A program made the translations under genes and the position numbers. From positions 9,564 through 73,563 of the forward strand of contig CANJNZ010000009.1 in NCBI GenBank assembly GCA_947476045.1: 64,000 bases of DNA. Reading direction: 5' to 3'. The stretch comes from Chthoniobacteraceae bacterium (GTDB lineage: Bacteria; Verrucomicrobiota; Verrucomicrobiia; Chthoniobacterales; Chthoniobacteraceae). Below the pieces are notes generated by a model. The model saw nothing but the letters and a program-made list of their open reading frames with translations, did no database searches and was not told the DNA's origin. This document shows, piece by piece, positions 7,834 to 16,924 of this stretch; the first letter of the stretch is position 1; each line of letters begins with the position of its first letter.

Positions 7834-10317
7834 GTGTCAGAAAACGCTGAACCAACAACGCCCAAGCCCGCGGCAGCCATCAAGCCCGTCGCGCCCGCTG
7901 AAAAACGTCCGATCCGTAAACGCGGATTTGTCGCAAAACTTCGTCTGCTCTTTTTGTGGCTCCTGCTATTCGTCTGCATTGCGGTGCAGGCCCCCGTCTT
8001 TCCCTGGATTGTTCGACTCGTCGTCCACATCGAGGCGTGGCGAAAAGGTTCGGAGATTAGCATCGGTTCAGTCGAGGGAAGTATTTTTGACCCCATCGTC
8101 CTGAGAGACACCATCTTCACCTACCACTCCGAAACCGGGGCAGTGACACGCATGGAAGCACGGCGCGCACGCGCAACATTTGCATGGAGCAATGTCTTCC
8201 CAGAGCCCGTCAGCAACTGGGTGCGTAACAGCGCCAGAGCACTCGGTCTTGCCACCATCGGACGCAACAACGTCTGGTGGCAGCGACTTGAACTCGATGG
8301 AGTCAGCGCCAAACTCACACTCCCCACCGCGCTCACGAAGGAACCGGCCACTTCGCGTCGCTTGCTGCGCTCACAGTTCGGCGAAGGTATGCTCCACCCG
8401 CCGCTTTATCTCTCTGTGCGCGATACGGAGTTTGTCATCGAGCGCGGCAGCGATTTTCTCCATGCGATTGGACTGCGGTTTTCGCTCAGTGAAATTGAAC
8501 CCGGCAGCGCACGCGCCTCGCAACTCAGTTGGAACCTCGGCGGGCTCACCAAAAGTTTCCGCGACTTGCATGGCAGTTCCACTCTCCAGCAGTCGCGCGC
8601 AACCATCGCCGGCCTCTCACTCGCGCCGGATGTCCGTGTGGAATTCTTTTCAGTAAATCTCAGCGACCTCGCAAAGGGCCGACTCACCCTTGCAACCCAG
8701 CTTGCTGCATTCGGCGGCACCGTGAACGCGGAGGCCGAAACCGCACCGCACGGACGGGAACTGCACTTCGATGCAGATGGCACTTTTGAAAACATCAATG
8801 TCAGCGGTCTCGCCACTTTTCTCGGCCTCAGCGAGGCAGCCGGAGGGTTGGTCAAAAATGGAAACTTCATTTATCGCGGTGCCCCCCGCGATCCCGCGCA
8901 CGCCGAAGCCCGGCTCAATTTTGAAGCAGGCAATTTCCAATGGGAAACACGCCAGTGGGACTCACTCACCCTGCGACTCTCCCTACTCGATCAACGGCTC
9001 CAAATCCCCGAATTGAAACTCCGGCAGGGCGTAAATCAGCTCGGCCTCAGCGGCAGCATGGCGTTGCCGAAAACCGGCACGTCGTGGTGGCAGCGGCAGT
9101 TCGACTTCAAAGTGGATGCGGACATCCACAACCTCACAGACCTCTCTGCGCTCGTGCTTCCGGATTTCAAATTTGCAGCGGGGCAACTCTTCGTTCGTGG
9201 CTCTGTCAGCGGCTCCGGAGCCGAAGCCCCGGCTATTCCGACCTTTGACGGGCAGCTTATTTTCAGCGGCAGCAACATCAAATGGCGCACCTCACCACTC
9301 GACGTGCTCAACGCAGCACTCGTCTTCCGGGGCCACGAACTACAGGTGATCAACGCCCAACTCCTGCATGGCGACGACTACTTTCGAGGCGTGGGCCGTA
9401 TCAGCCTATCCGGCGATGGCGGCTACGAGGGTGTCATACGAACCTCAGTGCGCGAACTCGCGATTTACCAGCCCCTGCTCGCTGCACCCGTGCTGCCGCT
9501 GCCCCTCGCCGGCAGTGCCCTCATCGACTGGCGCGGGAACGGCCTGCGGCAAAAACACGAAGGCACATTCACTGCGCAGTTGGAGAAAGTTCACACCCTG
9601 GGCGGCCCGGGCCTGCAAGCCACGCATCCGCTCAATGCCAGCGTTTCCGGGAGCTACGCTGGCGAACAGATGCAGTTTGATAAATTCGAACTCAGCGAAG
9701 GCTCTACCACACTCAGCGCAGCCGTAGGCATCGGACCCAGCGCAGTGAATCTCCGTTCCCTACGCGTGCAACACAAGGGCCAGCCATGGCTTCAGGGCGA
9801 TGCGATGCTTCCGCTGGATCTCTGGCAGCGCTGGCCGGATGTCGATTTCTCACACCTCCTCAACAACGACACCGTCGCCCGTGTAAATCTCACCGCCACC
9901 GACCTTGGACTGCGGGAAACCGCGCTGCTCACAGGCATCGAGTGGCCACTCGCCGGCACGCTCAACGGCACACTGACAGCCGACGGCGCGCTCAAGTCCC
10001 TCAAGCTTGGCGGCGCACTCACACTCGCCAAAGGCACACTACCGCTGAATTGGCACGGCACTACCGTCACCGACGTGAACAGCAGCTTCACGCTCGACGA
10101 GTCCGTCGTCACACTCACCAAAGCCAGTGGCCGCTACGCAAGCGGAGCATTCACCATGGAGGGTAAACTGGACCTCTCCAGTGCCCGTAAACCGCTGATC
10201 GAATCAACCGGCGCCGGCACCAACAACGGCCAGCCCTTCAGCTTTAAACTCAGCGGCCCCGCAGAAAAACCAGTCCTAACCACCGAAGGTCCCGCCCCTT
10301 TCGCTCCTCCGCAGTAA
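7834..10317 (+). CDS. large membrane-anchored beta-rich protein, TamB/AsmA-like (tentative)
   Basis: A single N-terminal hydrophobic anchor 'LRLLFLWLLLFVCIAV' is followed by ~750 aa of beta-rich sequence. The C-terminus recalls the TamB/DUF490 pattern. The start is uncertain: the listed 7543 start overlaps purU, and GTG 7834 is one in-frame candidate. Confidence 0.45.
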   Translation: MSENAEPTTPKPAAAIKPVAPAEKRPIRKRGFVAKLRLLFLWLLLFVCIAVQAPVFPWIVRLVVHIEAWRKGSEISIGSVEGSIFDPIVLRDTIFTYHSETGAVTRMEARRARATFAWSNVFPEPVSNWVRNSARALGLATIGRNNVWWQRLELDGVSAKLTLPTALTKEPATSRRLLRSQFGEGMLHPPLYLSVRDTEFVIERGSDFLHAIGLRFSLSEIEPGSARASQLSWNLGGLTKSFRDLHGSSTLQQSRATIAGLSLAPDVRVEFFSVNLSDLAKGRLTLATQLAAFGGTVNAEAETAPHGRELHFDADGTFENINVSGLATFLGLSEAAGGLVKNGNFIYRGAPRDPAHAEARLNFEAGNFQWETRQWDSLTLRLSLLDQRLQIPELKLRQGVNQLGLSGSMALPKTGTSWWQRQFDFKVDADIHNLTDLSALVLPDFKFAAGQLFVRGSVSGSGAEAPAIPTFDGQLIFSGSNIKWRTSPLDVLNAALVFRGHELQVINAQLLHGDDYFRGVGRISLSGDGGYEGVIRTSVRELAIYQPLLAAPVLPLPLAGSALIDWRGNGLRQKHEGTFTAQLEKVHTLGGPGLQATHPLNASVSGSYAGEQMQFDKFELSEGSTTLSAAVGIGPSAVNLRSLRVQHKGQPWLQGDAMLPLDLWQRWPDVDFSHLLNNDTVARVNLTATDLGLRETALLTGIEWPLAGTLNGTLTADGALKSLKLGGALTLAKGTLPLNWHGTTVTDVNSSFTLDESVVTLTKASGRYASGAFTMEGKLDLSSARKPLIESTGAGTNNGQPFSFKLSGPAEKPVLTTEGPAPFAPPQ

Positions 10318-10326
10318 CTCAACGCA

Positions 10327-10761
10327 CTATTCGCGGTGGTAGGGTGTGCCGGCGTTGATGGCGCGGGCGCGGTAGATTTGTTCGAGGAGGAGGAGAAGGG
10401 CGAGTTCGTGCTGGAGGGTGAGTTTGCTGAGGGAGAAACGGAAGTCGGCTGTGGTGCGGAGAGTGTCGGTGTGGCCGTCTGCTCCGCCGATGAGGAAGGT
10501 GATTGCTTTGGTGCGCTGCATTTCCCACTGCGCGATGCGGGCGGCGAGTTCTAGTGAGGTGAGTTGCTGGCCGCGTTCATCGAGGAGGATGCGCAATGTT
10601 CCTTCGCTACGGTCGAGGAGCGCTTCGCTTTCCTGTTCGCGCGTGGAGGCTTTGATATGTTCGATTTCGATGCCTTTGCCGAGGCGTCCGGCGTATTCAG
10701 CCACGCCTTCGCGGGCGTAGGGGAGTTTGGGTTTTCCGATGGTGAGGATGCGGAGGCGCAC
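10327..10761 (-). CDS. rlmH: 23S rRNA (pseudouridine1915-N3)-methyltransferase
   Basis: 144 aa, GTG start. 'ITFLIGGADG' and 'LSKLTLQHEL' are SPOUT/YbeA-family motifs. Confidence 0.9.
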   Translation of the reverse strand: MRLRILTIGKPKLPYAREGVAEYAGRLGKGIEIEHIKASTREQESEALLDRSEGTLRILLDERGQQLTSLELAARIAQWEMQRTKAITFLIGGADGHTDTLRTTADFRFSLSKLTLQHELALLLLLEQIYRARAINAGTPYHRE

Positions 10762-10771
10762 GGATTAATTT

Positions 10772-10840
10772 CGGATTTGGGATTTCGGATTGCGGATTGC
10801 GGCGGTGTTTTCCAATCCGCAATCCACAATCTGAAATCCG
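10772..10840. repeat. 28-bp imperfect inverted repeat built from tandem GGATTNN heptamers (long hairpin between rnr and rlmH)
   Basis: The left arm (10772-10799, cggatttgggatttcggattgcggattg) pairs with the right arm (10813-10840) at 24 of 28 positions by hand alignment. The loop is 13 nt. GGATT occurs 5 times on the left and AATCC 3 times on the right. Confidence 0.7.
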
Positions 10841-10843
10841 CAA

Positions 10844-12739
10844 TTATTTACTGAGTGTGAATTCGATTTCTCGCTGCTCGGCGTCCACACGGCAGACGTG
10901 GACTTGGAGGATGTCGCTGGTTTTGTAGGCGAAGTTGGTGCGGCGGTTCACGAGGCGGCTGCGTGCGCTGTCGAGGGCGTAGGGGCCGTTTGGGAGGAGG
11001 CTGACGGGGATGAAGCCGACGGTGTCCACTTCGGGGATTTCGATGAGGAGGCCGTGGGGTTTGGCGTCGGTGATGATGGCGCGGAAGGTGCGCGGATCGC
11101 GGGCGTCGAGCTGGCGCTGGAAGTATTCCATTTTCTTGAGGCGGACGCTGTCGCGCTCGGCGTCGGAGGAATTGCGTTCAGTGGTGCTGAGATGCTCGGA
11201 GATGTCGGCGAATTCTTTGCGCCCGCCACTGCGTTCTCCGGCGAGGACGCGGTGCGCAACGAGGTCGGCGTAGCGGCGGATGGGGCTGGTGAAATGGAGG
11301 TAGTCGGCCTTGGAAAGTCCGTAGTGTCCGACAGCGTCGGGACTGTAGGTGGCGCGGCGGAGGCTTTTCAAAAATTCGATTTTAATGCGGTGTTCGTCGG
11401 GGCGTCCGCGCAAAGCGGCGAGCATCCGCTGGACTTCCTTGCGCTGTTTCAGATCGCTGACACGCAGGCCCTGCACGGCGGCGAACTGGCGGAATTCTTC
11501 GAGGCGCGTGGGGTCCGGCTTTTCGTGGATGCGATAGATGCACGGGGCGGGGCGGTTTTTGATGGCGTGCGCGACGGCTTCGTTGGCGGCGAGCATGAAC
11601 TCCTCGATGAGCTGGTGGCTTTCGTCGCTCTCGATTCGCTCGATGCGGTCGGCGCGTCCGTCGGCATCGAGGAAAACTTTGACCTCGGGGAAATCGAGAT
11701 CGAGCGAGCCTGCGGCAAAGCGGTGTTTGCGAAGCATGGATGCGAGCTGCCACGCGGTGCGGACGGCTTCACCGACTTCGGGGACAAAGCCCTGCACTTT
11801 CTCGCCACGTAAAAGCGCCATGGCTTGCTTGTAGGTGAGGCGTGAGTGAACGCAGATGACGGTCTTTGCGAAACGGACGCGTTTGATTTTTCCAACACTG
11901 GTGAACTCGATGAATGCTGTGTGTGCGAGTCGCTCGACTCCTGCGCGCAGCGAGCACAAGTCGGCGCTGAGTCGCAGTGGGAGCATGGGGATGCAGCGGT
12001 CGGCGAGGTAGGTGGAGTTGCCGCGCTTGCGGGCTTCGCGGTCGAGAGCGGTGCCGGGGCGGACGTAGTGTGCGACGTCAGCGATGTGAACGCTTAGCCG
12101 CCAGCCGTCGCGCGTTTTTTCCACGCAGATAGCGTCGTCGTGATCCTTGGCGTCGTCGGGATCAATTGTGGTGACGAACTGGTTGCGGCAGTCTTCGCGT
12201 TTTGCGATTTCAGCGGCGGGGATTTTATCGGGAAAGGACTCCGCTTCACGCATGACGGCGGCGGAAAACTCTATGTCGAGATTGTAGGCGCGAATGACAG
12301 AAAGCATGTCCACGCCGTTGTCGGTAGCCGCGCCGAGGAGTTCGACGATCTGGCCGGCCGGGGAGACGTTGATGTTTGTCCACGGCTCCATTTTCAAAAC
12401 GATCTTGTCACCAGCGCGCGGAGGACGTTGCAGCGATGGGCCACCGGTGCGGATGAGGAAGTTGAACGGAATGCGTGGGTCGTCGGGGATGAGAAAGGCG
12501 TTTCCTTTCACGCGCTGGAAAGTGCCGACGAATGTATTGTGTGCGCGGGTAATGACGCGAGTGACGCGGGCGCGGTCGCCGCCGATGCGTTTGCATTCGA
12601 CGGTGTCGCCGGGGAGCGCGGTGGAAGTTTCCTGCACCCACGCGATGAGTTTGTCGTCGCCGCCGATGAGGCGCGCGCCGCCACCGCGACGGTTGAAAAG
12701 TAGTGTGCCGGTAATTGCGGCGTTTGGTTTATTGGACAT
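10844..12739 (-). CDS. rnr: ribonuclease R (RNB-family 3'-5' exoribonuclease)
   Basis: 631 aa. RNB catalytic motif 'DPDDAKDHDDAI', a cold-shock-like N-terminus and an S1-like C-terminus. Confidence 0.9.
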   Translation of the reverse strand: MSNKPNAAITGTLLFNRRGGGARLIGGDDKLIAWVQETSTALPGDTVECKRIGGDRARVTRVITRAHNTFVGTFQRVKGNAFLIPDDPRIPFNFLIRTGGPSLQRPPRAGDKIVLKMEPWTNINVSPAGQIVELLGAATDNGVDMLSVIRAYNLDIEFSAAVMREAESFPDKIPAAEIAKREDCRNQFVTTIDPDDAKDHDDAICVEKTRDGWRLSVHIADVAHYVRPGTALDREARKRGNSTYLADRCIPMLPLRLSADLCSLRAGVERLAHTAFIEFTSVGKIKRVRFAKTVICVHSRLTYKQAMALLRGEKVQGFVPEVGEAVRTAWQLASMLRKHRFAAGSLDLDFPEVKVFLDADGRADRIERIESDESHQLIEEFMLAANEAVAHAIKNRPAPCIYRIHEKPDPTRLEEFRQFAAVQGLRVSDLKQRKEVQRMLAALRGRPDEHRIKIEFLKSLRRATYSPDAVGHYGLSKADYLHFTSPIRRYADLVAHRVLAGERSGGRKEFADISEHLSTTERNSSDAERDSVRLKKMEYFQRQLDARDPRTFRAIITDAKPHGLLIEIPEVDTVGFIPVSLLPNGPYALDSARSRLVNRRTNFAYKTSDILQVHVCRVDAEQREIEFTLSK

Positions 12740-12910
12740 GAAAAGTTTAGGGGGAGGTTGTTGTTGAAATCGCTCAGCGGGATGCTGGCGGAGGATGGCG
12801 AGAGGCGACTGTCACTGCGCTCTGCCGAGCCGAAGTCCGGAGACTAGATACAGAAAACGGCCCGCTGTCCACAACGGCCTGCTTTTCCATGCAATCGGAG
12901 ACCTCGCAGC

Positions 12911-13819
12911 CTAGGACATTTTGACCTGAGATTTGATGATGAGGGTGAGTGCGCGGATAGCCAGTTCCTGAATATTGAAAGGCTTTGCGAGGAATTCGTT
13001 ACCACCGCGCAGGGATGATTCGATTCGATTTTCCTGCGAGGCATTTCCTGTGAGAAAGATGATGGGCGTCTCTGCGTGGAGAGCCATATTACGGATGTGC
13101 GTGCATAGCTCAAAGCCGTCCAGATCGGGCAGCTGCACATCAAGGATGATCAAGTCGTAGCGACTGCCCGAAAGCTCGGCGACTGCGGCACTGGGGTGCG
13201 TCGTAACCTTGCTCTTGAGGCCGACGCTTTTCAGCCCCTCCGTTATCATTTCGCTGACGGAACGATCGTCATCCACAGCGTAGATGCGGGCTGTTGCGAG
13301 TTTCACCCGGCGCTCCAGATCGCGCTCCTTGAGCAAGGCGGCGAGGAAGTCGATGGTTTGGTTCAGCGTGCGCAGCATCAGCGGAGTTATCTGCTCGGGA
13401 AGTTCATAAAGTTCCTGCAAGAGTGATGCGAAGGCGGCGCTCACACGATGCAGGACGCCCTGGCCGGATTTTCGGGCACGGTCTGCGAAGCTCTGGACCT
13501 GTGAGGAAAGTTCGTTGAGTTGACTCAAATCATCGGGCTTGCGGGAAAGCGCCTGAAAGCAATGACGCATTGCACCGATGGCGTTGCGTTCATTCTTGTC
13601 GGTCATTTTTTCGGCCAGCGAACTGGACTTCGCAGATTCCGCTTCGTCTGTTTGCATCTCATCTTCGGGGAGCAGATGCTCGTCCTCCACAGGCTGTGCC
13701 ACCGGCATGCTAACGGGCCGTGCACCGCGCTTGGCCATGATGCGGGCCTCAGCAAGGCTGGCACCCATTTCCCGAATCGTGCGCTGTGCGTTTTCCAGTT
13801 GCGAGGATACCTCGATCAT
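12911..13819 (-). CDS. response regulator with C-terminal receiver domain and an Hpt-like helical N-terminal region; probably the 3' part of a longer frameshifted gene
   Basis: Receiver motifs are 'VDDD', 'LIILDVQLPDLDG', 'IIFLTG' and 'LAKPF'. The helical region 'LHRVSAAFASLLQEL' is only tentatively Hpt-like. The reading frame stays open and coiled-coil-like for at least 50 codons upstream of the ATG. Confidence 0.8.
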   Translation of the reverse strand: MIEVSSQLENAQRTIREMGASLAEARIMAKRGARPVSMPVAQPVEDEHLLPEDEMQTDEAESAKSSSLAEKMTDKNERNAIGAMRHCFQALSRKPDDLSQLNELSSQVQSFADRARKSGQGVLHRVSAAFASLLQELYELPEQITPLMLRTLNQTIDFLAALLKERDLERRVKLATARIYAVDDDRSVSEMITEGLKSVGLKSKVTTHPSAAVAELSGSRYDLIILDVQLPDLDGFELCTHIRNMALHAETPIIFLTGNASQENRIESSLRGGNEFLAKPFNIQELAIRALTLIIKSQVKMS

Positions 13820-15567
13820 TTCCAGACGATGCGCTTCGTATTGCTTGAAAAACTGCTGGTGCTCCTCTGATTTGCCCTGCGCTTTTTCCAGTTCCTCTTT
13901 GAGCTGCGCGATTTCTGCACGACGCTCCTTGATCTGCGCGTCATATGCGATTGCGTTGCGCTGACATGCTTTTTCACGGTGTCCCGCTCGCGAATGATGT
14001 ATTCGATTTGCTTTTGTGCAGCGATCAATGAGTTCCGGGTATCTTCGAAGGCTTGTGAGTTTCCGCCATTCTCATGCTCGGCGAGTTCAGCCCTGAGTTC
14101 TGCTTCGGCCAGCCGAAGCTGGATTTCCTTATCCTTCTCCTCCATCGCGCTGACGACTTCGTTCAGCGTTTGAATCCGGTTTTCACGCTGCGCCAATTCC
14201 GCCTGAAACTGCTCGTTGGTAGAATTTGCGGACAACAGCGTGCTGCGGGATTCCTCATACTCCGCCTCACGTTCAAGAATGTGCTGGCGGGCGGCGTCAC
14301 GCTCTTTGGTGGCAACTTCGTTTTGCTGCTTTGAAAGAGCGAGTTGCGTTTCGTAAGCCTTTCGCAATTCGTCGAGTTTACTGCTGAATTCGCCAATTTC
14401 AGCCTCGCGCTCTTTGGAGAGTATGTCGATTTCTAGGCGTATTTCGTTAACCTCTGCTTCGTGTTCTTTGTTCGCCAAGTCCTGCGCTGCACGCAACGCC
14501 TTGAGTTCGGAGTTCAGACGCTCATCCACCTCGTTGTGTGTGGCGTTCTTTTTTTTCTGAACCTCCAGTTCAGCGGATAGCTCCTGAATCTTTTTTACCT
14601 GTTCGACATTGGTGCCGGTGGCTTCCTCGACCTGTTTTCGCAAGGCATTTGCTTCAGCCTCAATCTCCTTCAATTGCCCCAGACCGGCATCGCGCTCGCC
14701 GGCAGTCTGCTCCAGTTTTGCGCGCAGTTTCTCTAACTCTTCCGCAGCCTGCTTTGTCGCTTTGTCAGCGATTTCAAAATCGTATCCAAGATTTGCTATC
14801 TGATCTTCAAGCTCGCCGATGCGGTTTTTCAACTCCGCGACCTGTGTAGCCGAGGCATCACGAGCGAGCCGGAGTGCTGAGAATTGTTTCTGAATTTCAG
14901 CGTCTATCTTCTTGGCGTCGCCGGTATTCTTCTTTGCATTGAGAAGCGTCTTCTGCGCCTCCGCGAGCTGGCGATGACTCTCTTTGAGTTTTGCCAATGC
15001 CTCTTCCTTGTCCTTGTCCGCCAGATCACGCTGGCGCAGAATGGAGTCGCGCTGTTTCACCGTCTCATCTCGTGACGTTAAACAGTCCCTCAATTGCGCA
15101 CTTGTGTCGCTGTGAAGCTTTACTGTCTCCTCCCGCTGACGGAGGGCATCGAGTCGCTGGCGTTCGGCGGTTTCCAGTTTCTTTTTTAACTCACCGATGG
15201 TGGTCTCGTATTGTTGCTGTTGTTCGGAAAGGGTATCACACTCCCGTTCTAAAACATTGATTTTTCTTTCAAGTTCGAGTGCGGCATTTGCGCGATCAAG
15301 TGAACGTGTCAGTTCGTCAATTGCATGATTGCGCTCTTCCTCAGCTACTCGCTGCTTTGCGCGCGCTTCGTTCAGTGAATCCTGAAGCTGCTCGATGAAA
15401 TTACGAACCTCTTTCGTCGGATCTCGATCGGCGTTGGCTATATTTTCTGAACCTGATGGAAATGCGGGGCTGCGACGTTCTTCATCGCCTGTCGGAAAAC
15501 TGGAAATTTTTGCTGAATAATGGGCCATGTAGGACCACCTCAAACGGGTTGGCGCTTGAGTGGGCAT
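13816..15567 (-). CDS. long coiled-coil protein (583 aa as listed); the last 50 codons look out of frame
   Basis: About 480 aa of E/K/Q/L/R heptad-like sequence. The tail 'HVSATQSHMTRRSRS...' is R/S-rich and not coil-like. There is a 4-nt overlap with the downstream receiver ORF. Confidence 0.7.
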   Translation of the reverse strand: MPTQAPTRLRWSYMAHYSAKISSFPTGDEERRSPAFPSGSENIANADRDPTKEVRNFIEQLQDSLNEARAKQRVAEEERNHAIDELTRSLDRANAALELERKINVLERECDTLSEQQQQYETTIGELKKKLETAERQRLDALRQREETVKLHSDTSAQLRDCLTSRDETVKQRDSILRQRDLADKDKEEALAKLKESHRQLAEAQKTLLNAKKNTGDAKKIDAEIQKQFSALRLARDASATQVAELKNRIGELEDQIANLGYDFEIADKATKQAAEELEKLRAKLEQTAGERDAGLGQLKEIEAEANALRKQVEEATGTNVEQVKKIQELSAELEVQKKKNATHNEVDERLNSELKALRAAQDLANKEHEAEVNEIRLEIDILSKEREAEIGEFSSKLDELRKAYETQLALSKQQNEVATKERDAARQHILEREAEYEESRSTLLSANSTNEQFQAELAQRENRIQTLNEVVSAMEEKDKEIQLRLAEAELRAELAEHENGGNSQAFEDTRNSLIAAQKQIEYIIRERDTVKKHVSATQSHMTRRSRSVVQKSRSSKRNWKKRRANQRSTSSFSSNTKRIVWK

Positions 15568-15617
15568 ATTTGAAAATAGCAGAGGCTATGCCCAAGCCGG
15601 ACACTGTTGTTAACCGC

Positions 15618-16007
15618 TCACACTCCGGCGACCTGCCAGCCTTCTTTTTCTAAAAAAGCGCGGACTTTTTCAGGCTGATCTCCCTGCATCTCTATCGTGC
15701 GCCCTTTCAGTGTCCCGCCCGTCCCCAGCGCCTGGCGCAGTCGTTTTGCGAGCATCTCCATTTCAGGCGCGGTGATTTCCGGTGGAAAATCATGAATGAC
15801 CACCACCGCCTTGCCACCGCGATGCGCTGTCTCCCGCCTTAAAACGATACGCCCGAAACGCCGTGGTTTTTGCGGCTCCGCCGGCTTTACCGCAGGGGGC
15901 GCGGCAGGAAGCGGCCCAAGATCAAGGCCGTCGAGCACACTGCCAAACCCGGCTAGACCCTGCTGGGCGGGATTGATTTCGACTCGCTTGTTTTTTTCAG
16001 GACGCAT
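15618..16007 (-). CDS. SUI1/YciH-family translation initiation factor-like protein
   Basis: 129 aa. 'GRIVLRRETAHRGGKAVVVI' and 'GGTLKGRTIEMQGD' fit the SUI1 fold pattern. Confidence 0.8.
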   Translation of the reverse strand: MRPEKNKRVEINPAQQGLAGFGSVLDGLDLGPLPAAPPAVKPAEPQKPRRFGRIVLRRETAHRGGKAVVVIHDFPPEITAPEMEMLAKRLRQALGTGGTLKGRTIEMQGDQPEKVRAFLEKEGWQVAGV

Positions 16008-16129
16008 GGCGTTATGTTTGCTTGCAGGATGGATGTGCTTTTTACTCAGAGAAACTGCAACTCCGATACAAAAGCAGCGTTTTACAAATGAATAAACACG
16101 GCTAGCATACCGTCACAAGCGGCACTTCC

Positions 16130-16888
16130 ATGCATCGACTCTTTAAATTCCTCAGCGCAATCCTGCTGGTCGCAGCCACCCCGCTCAGCGCACAAGACGT
16201 CAACTTGCCGGCGCCCATCGGTGCGGACTTGACCAAAAAGTTTCCGTATTCGATGGCGGGGCAGCTCATCTTCTCCAGCGGCGACAATAACTATCAGGGC
16301 AGCGGCACTGTGATTAACAAACTCAGCGTGCTCACCGCCGCGCACAACGTGTGGGACGCCGACAGCGGCTGGAGCTATGATGTGGAATTCAACCGCGCGC
16401 GCAGCGGTCAGCAAATTGCCACGCGCACCATGGCGTCACGCGTCTTCGTTTTCGGAGGCTATCAGGGTGTCGCAGCGCGCTTTGGCGCGGATTCCGTGCG
16501 CGCTTTTGCATACGACCTAGGTGGCATTCGTTTCAAGACGATGCCCGCTGCGGGTTCATTCGCAGGATGGAAATCCGACCTCTCACTCGTCACGGGCGAC
16601 ACTTACAATATTTGCATCGGCTACGGAGCCGACACGCATACCGGCGACGACATGCTTTACGTCGAGCCGAACCTCAGTTTCTACCAGACCTACAGTGCTT
16701 TTTTTGAAAACGACACGCTCACTTTCGAAGGCGGCATGTCAGGCGGTCCCGTTTTTGCGGAAGTCGCTCCGAACGATCTTAGAATCGTCGGTGTGATAGT
16801 CGCGGGCAGCGACGATCCTCCAACGGGCGGCATCCGCGCAATCAATGCATCGGCCTCCCGCTTCATCTCCGTCTATCTGCGGTTTTAA
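16130..16888 (+). CDS. secreted trypsin-like (S1 family) serine protease
   Basis: Signal peptide 'MHRLFKFLSAILLVAATPLSAQ'. Catalytic His context 'LTAAHNV' and Ser context 'GMSGGPV'. Confidence 0.8.
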   Translation: MHRLFKFLSAILLVAATPLSAQDVNLPAPIGADLTKKFPYSMAGQLIFSSGDNNYQGSGTVINKLSVLTAAHNVWDADSGWSYDVEFNRARSGQQIATRTMASRVFVFGGYQGVAARFGADSVRAFAYDLGGIRFKTMPAAGSFAGWKSDLSLVTGDTYNICIGYGADTHTGDDMLYVEPNLSFYQTYSAFFENDTLTFEGGMSGGPVFAEVAPNDLRIVGVIVAGSDDPPTGGIRAINASASRFISVYLRF

Positions 16889-16924
16889 TCAGCGGCGTCG
16901 CCGTAAAGACGACGCTATTTCACG

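Noticed and set aside
10319-10854. Several P/R- or G/E-rich ORFs overlapping rlmH (10319-10528, 10336-10554, 10418-10720, 10551-10829, 10564-10854)
   Set aside because: They are alternative-frame or antisense shadows of a well-supported SPOUT methyltransferase gene.
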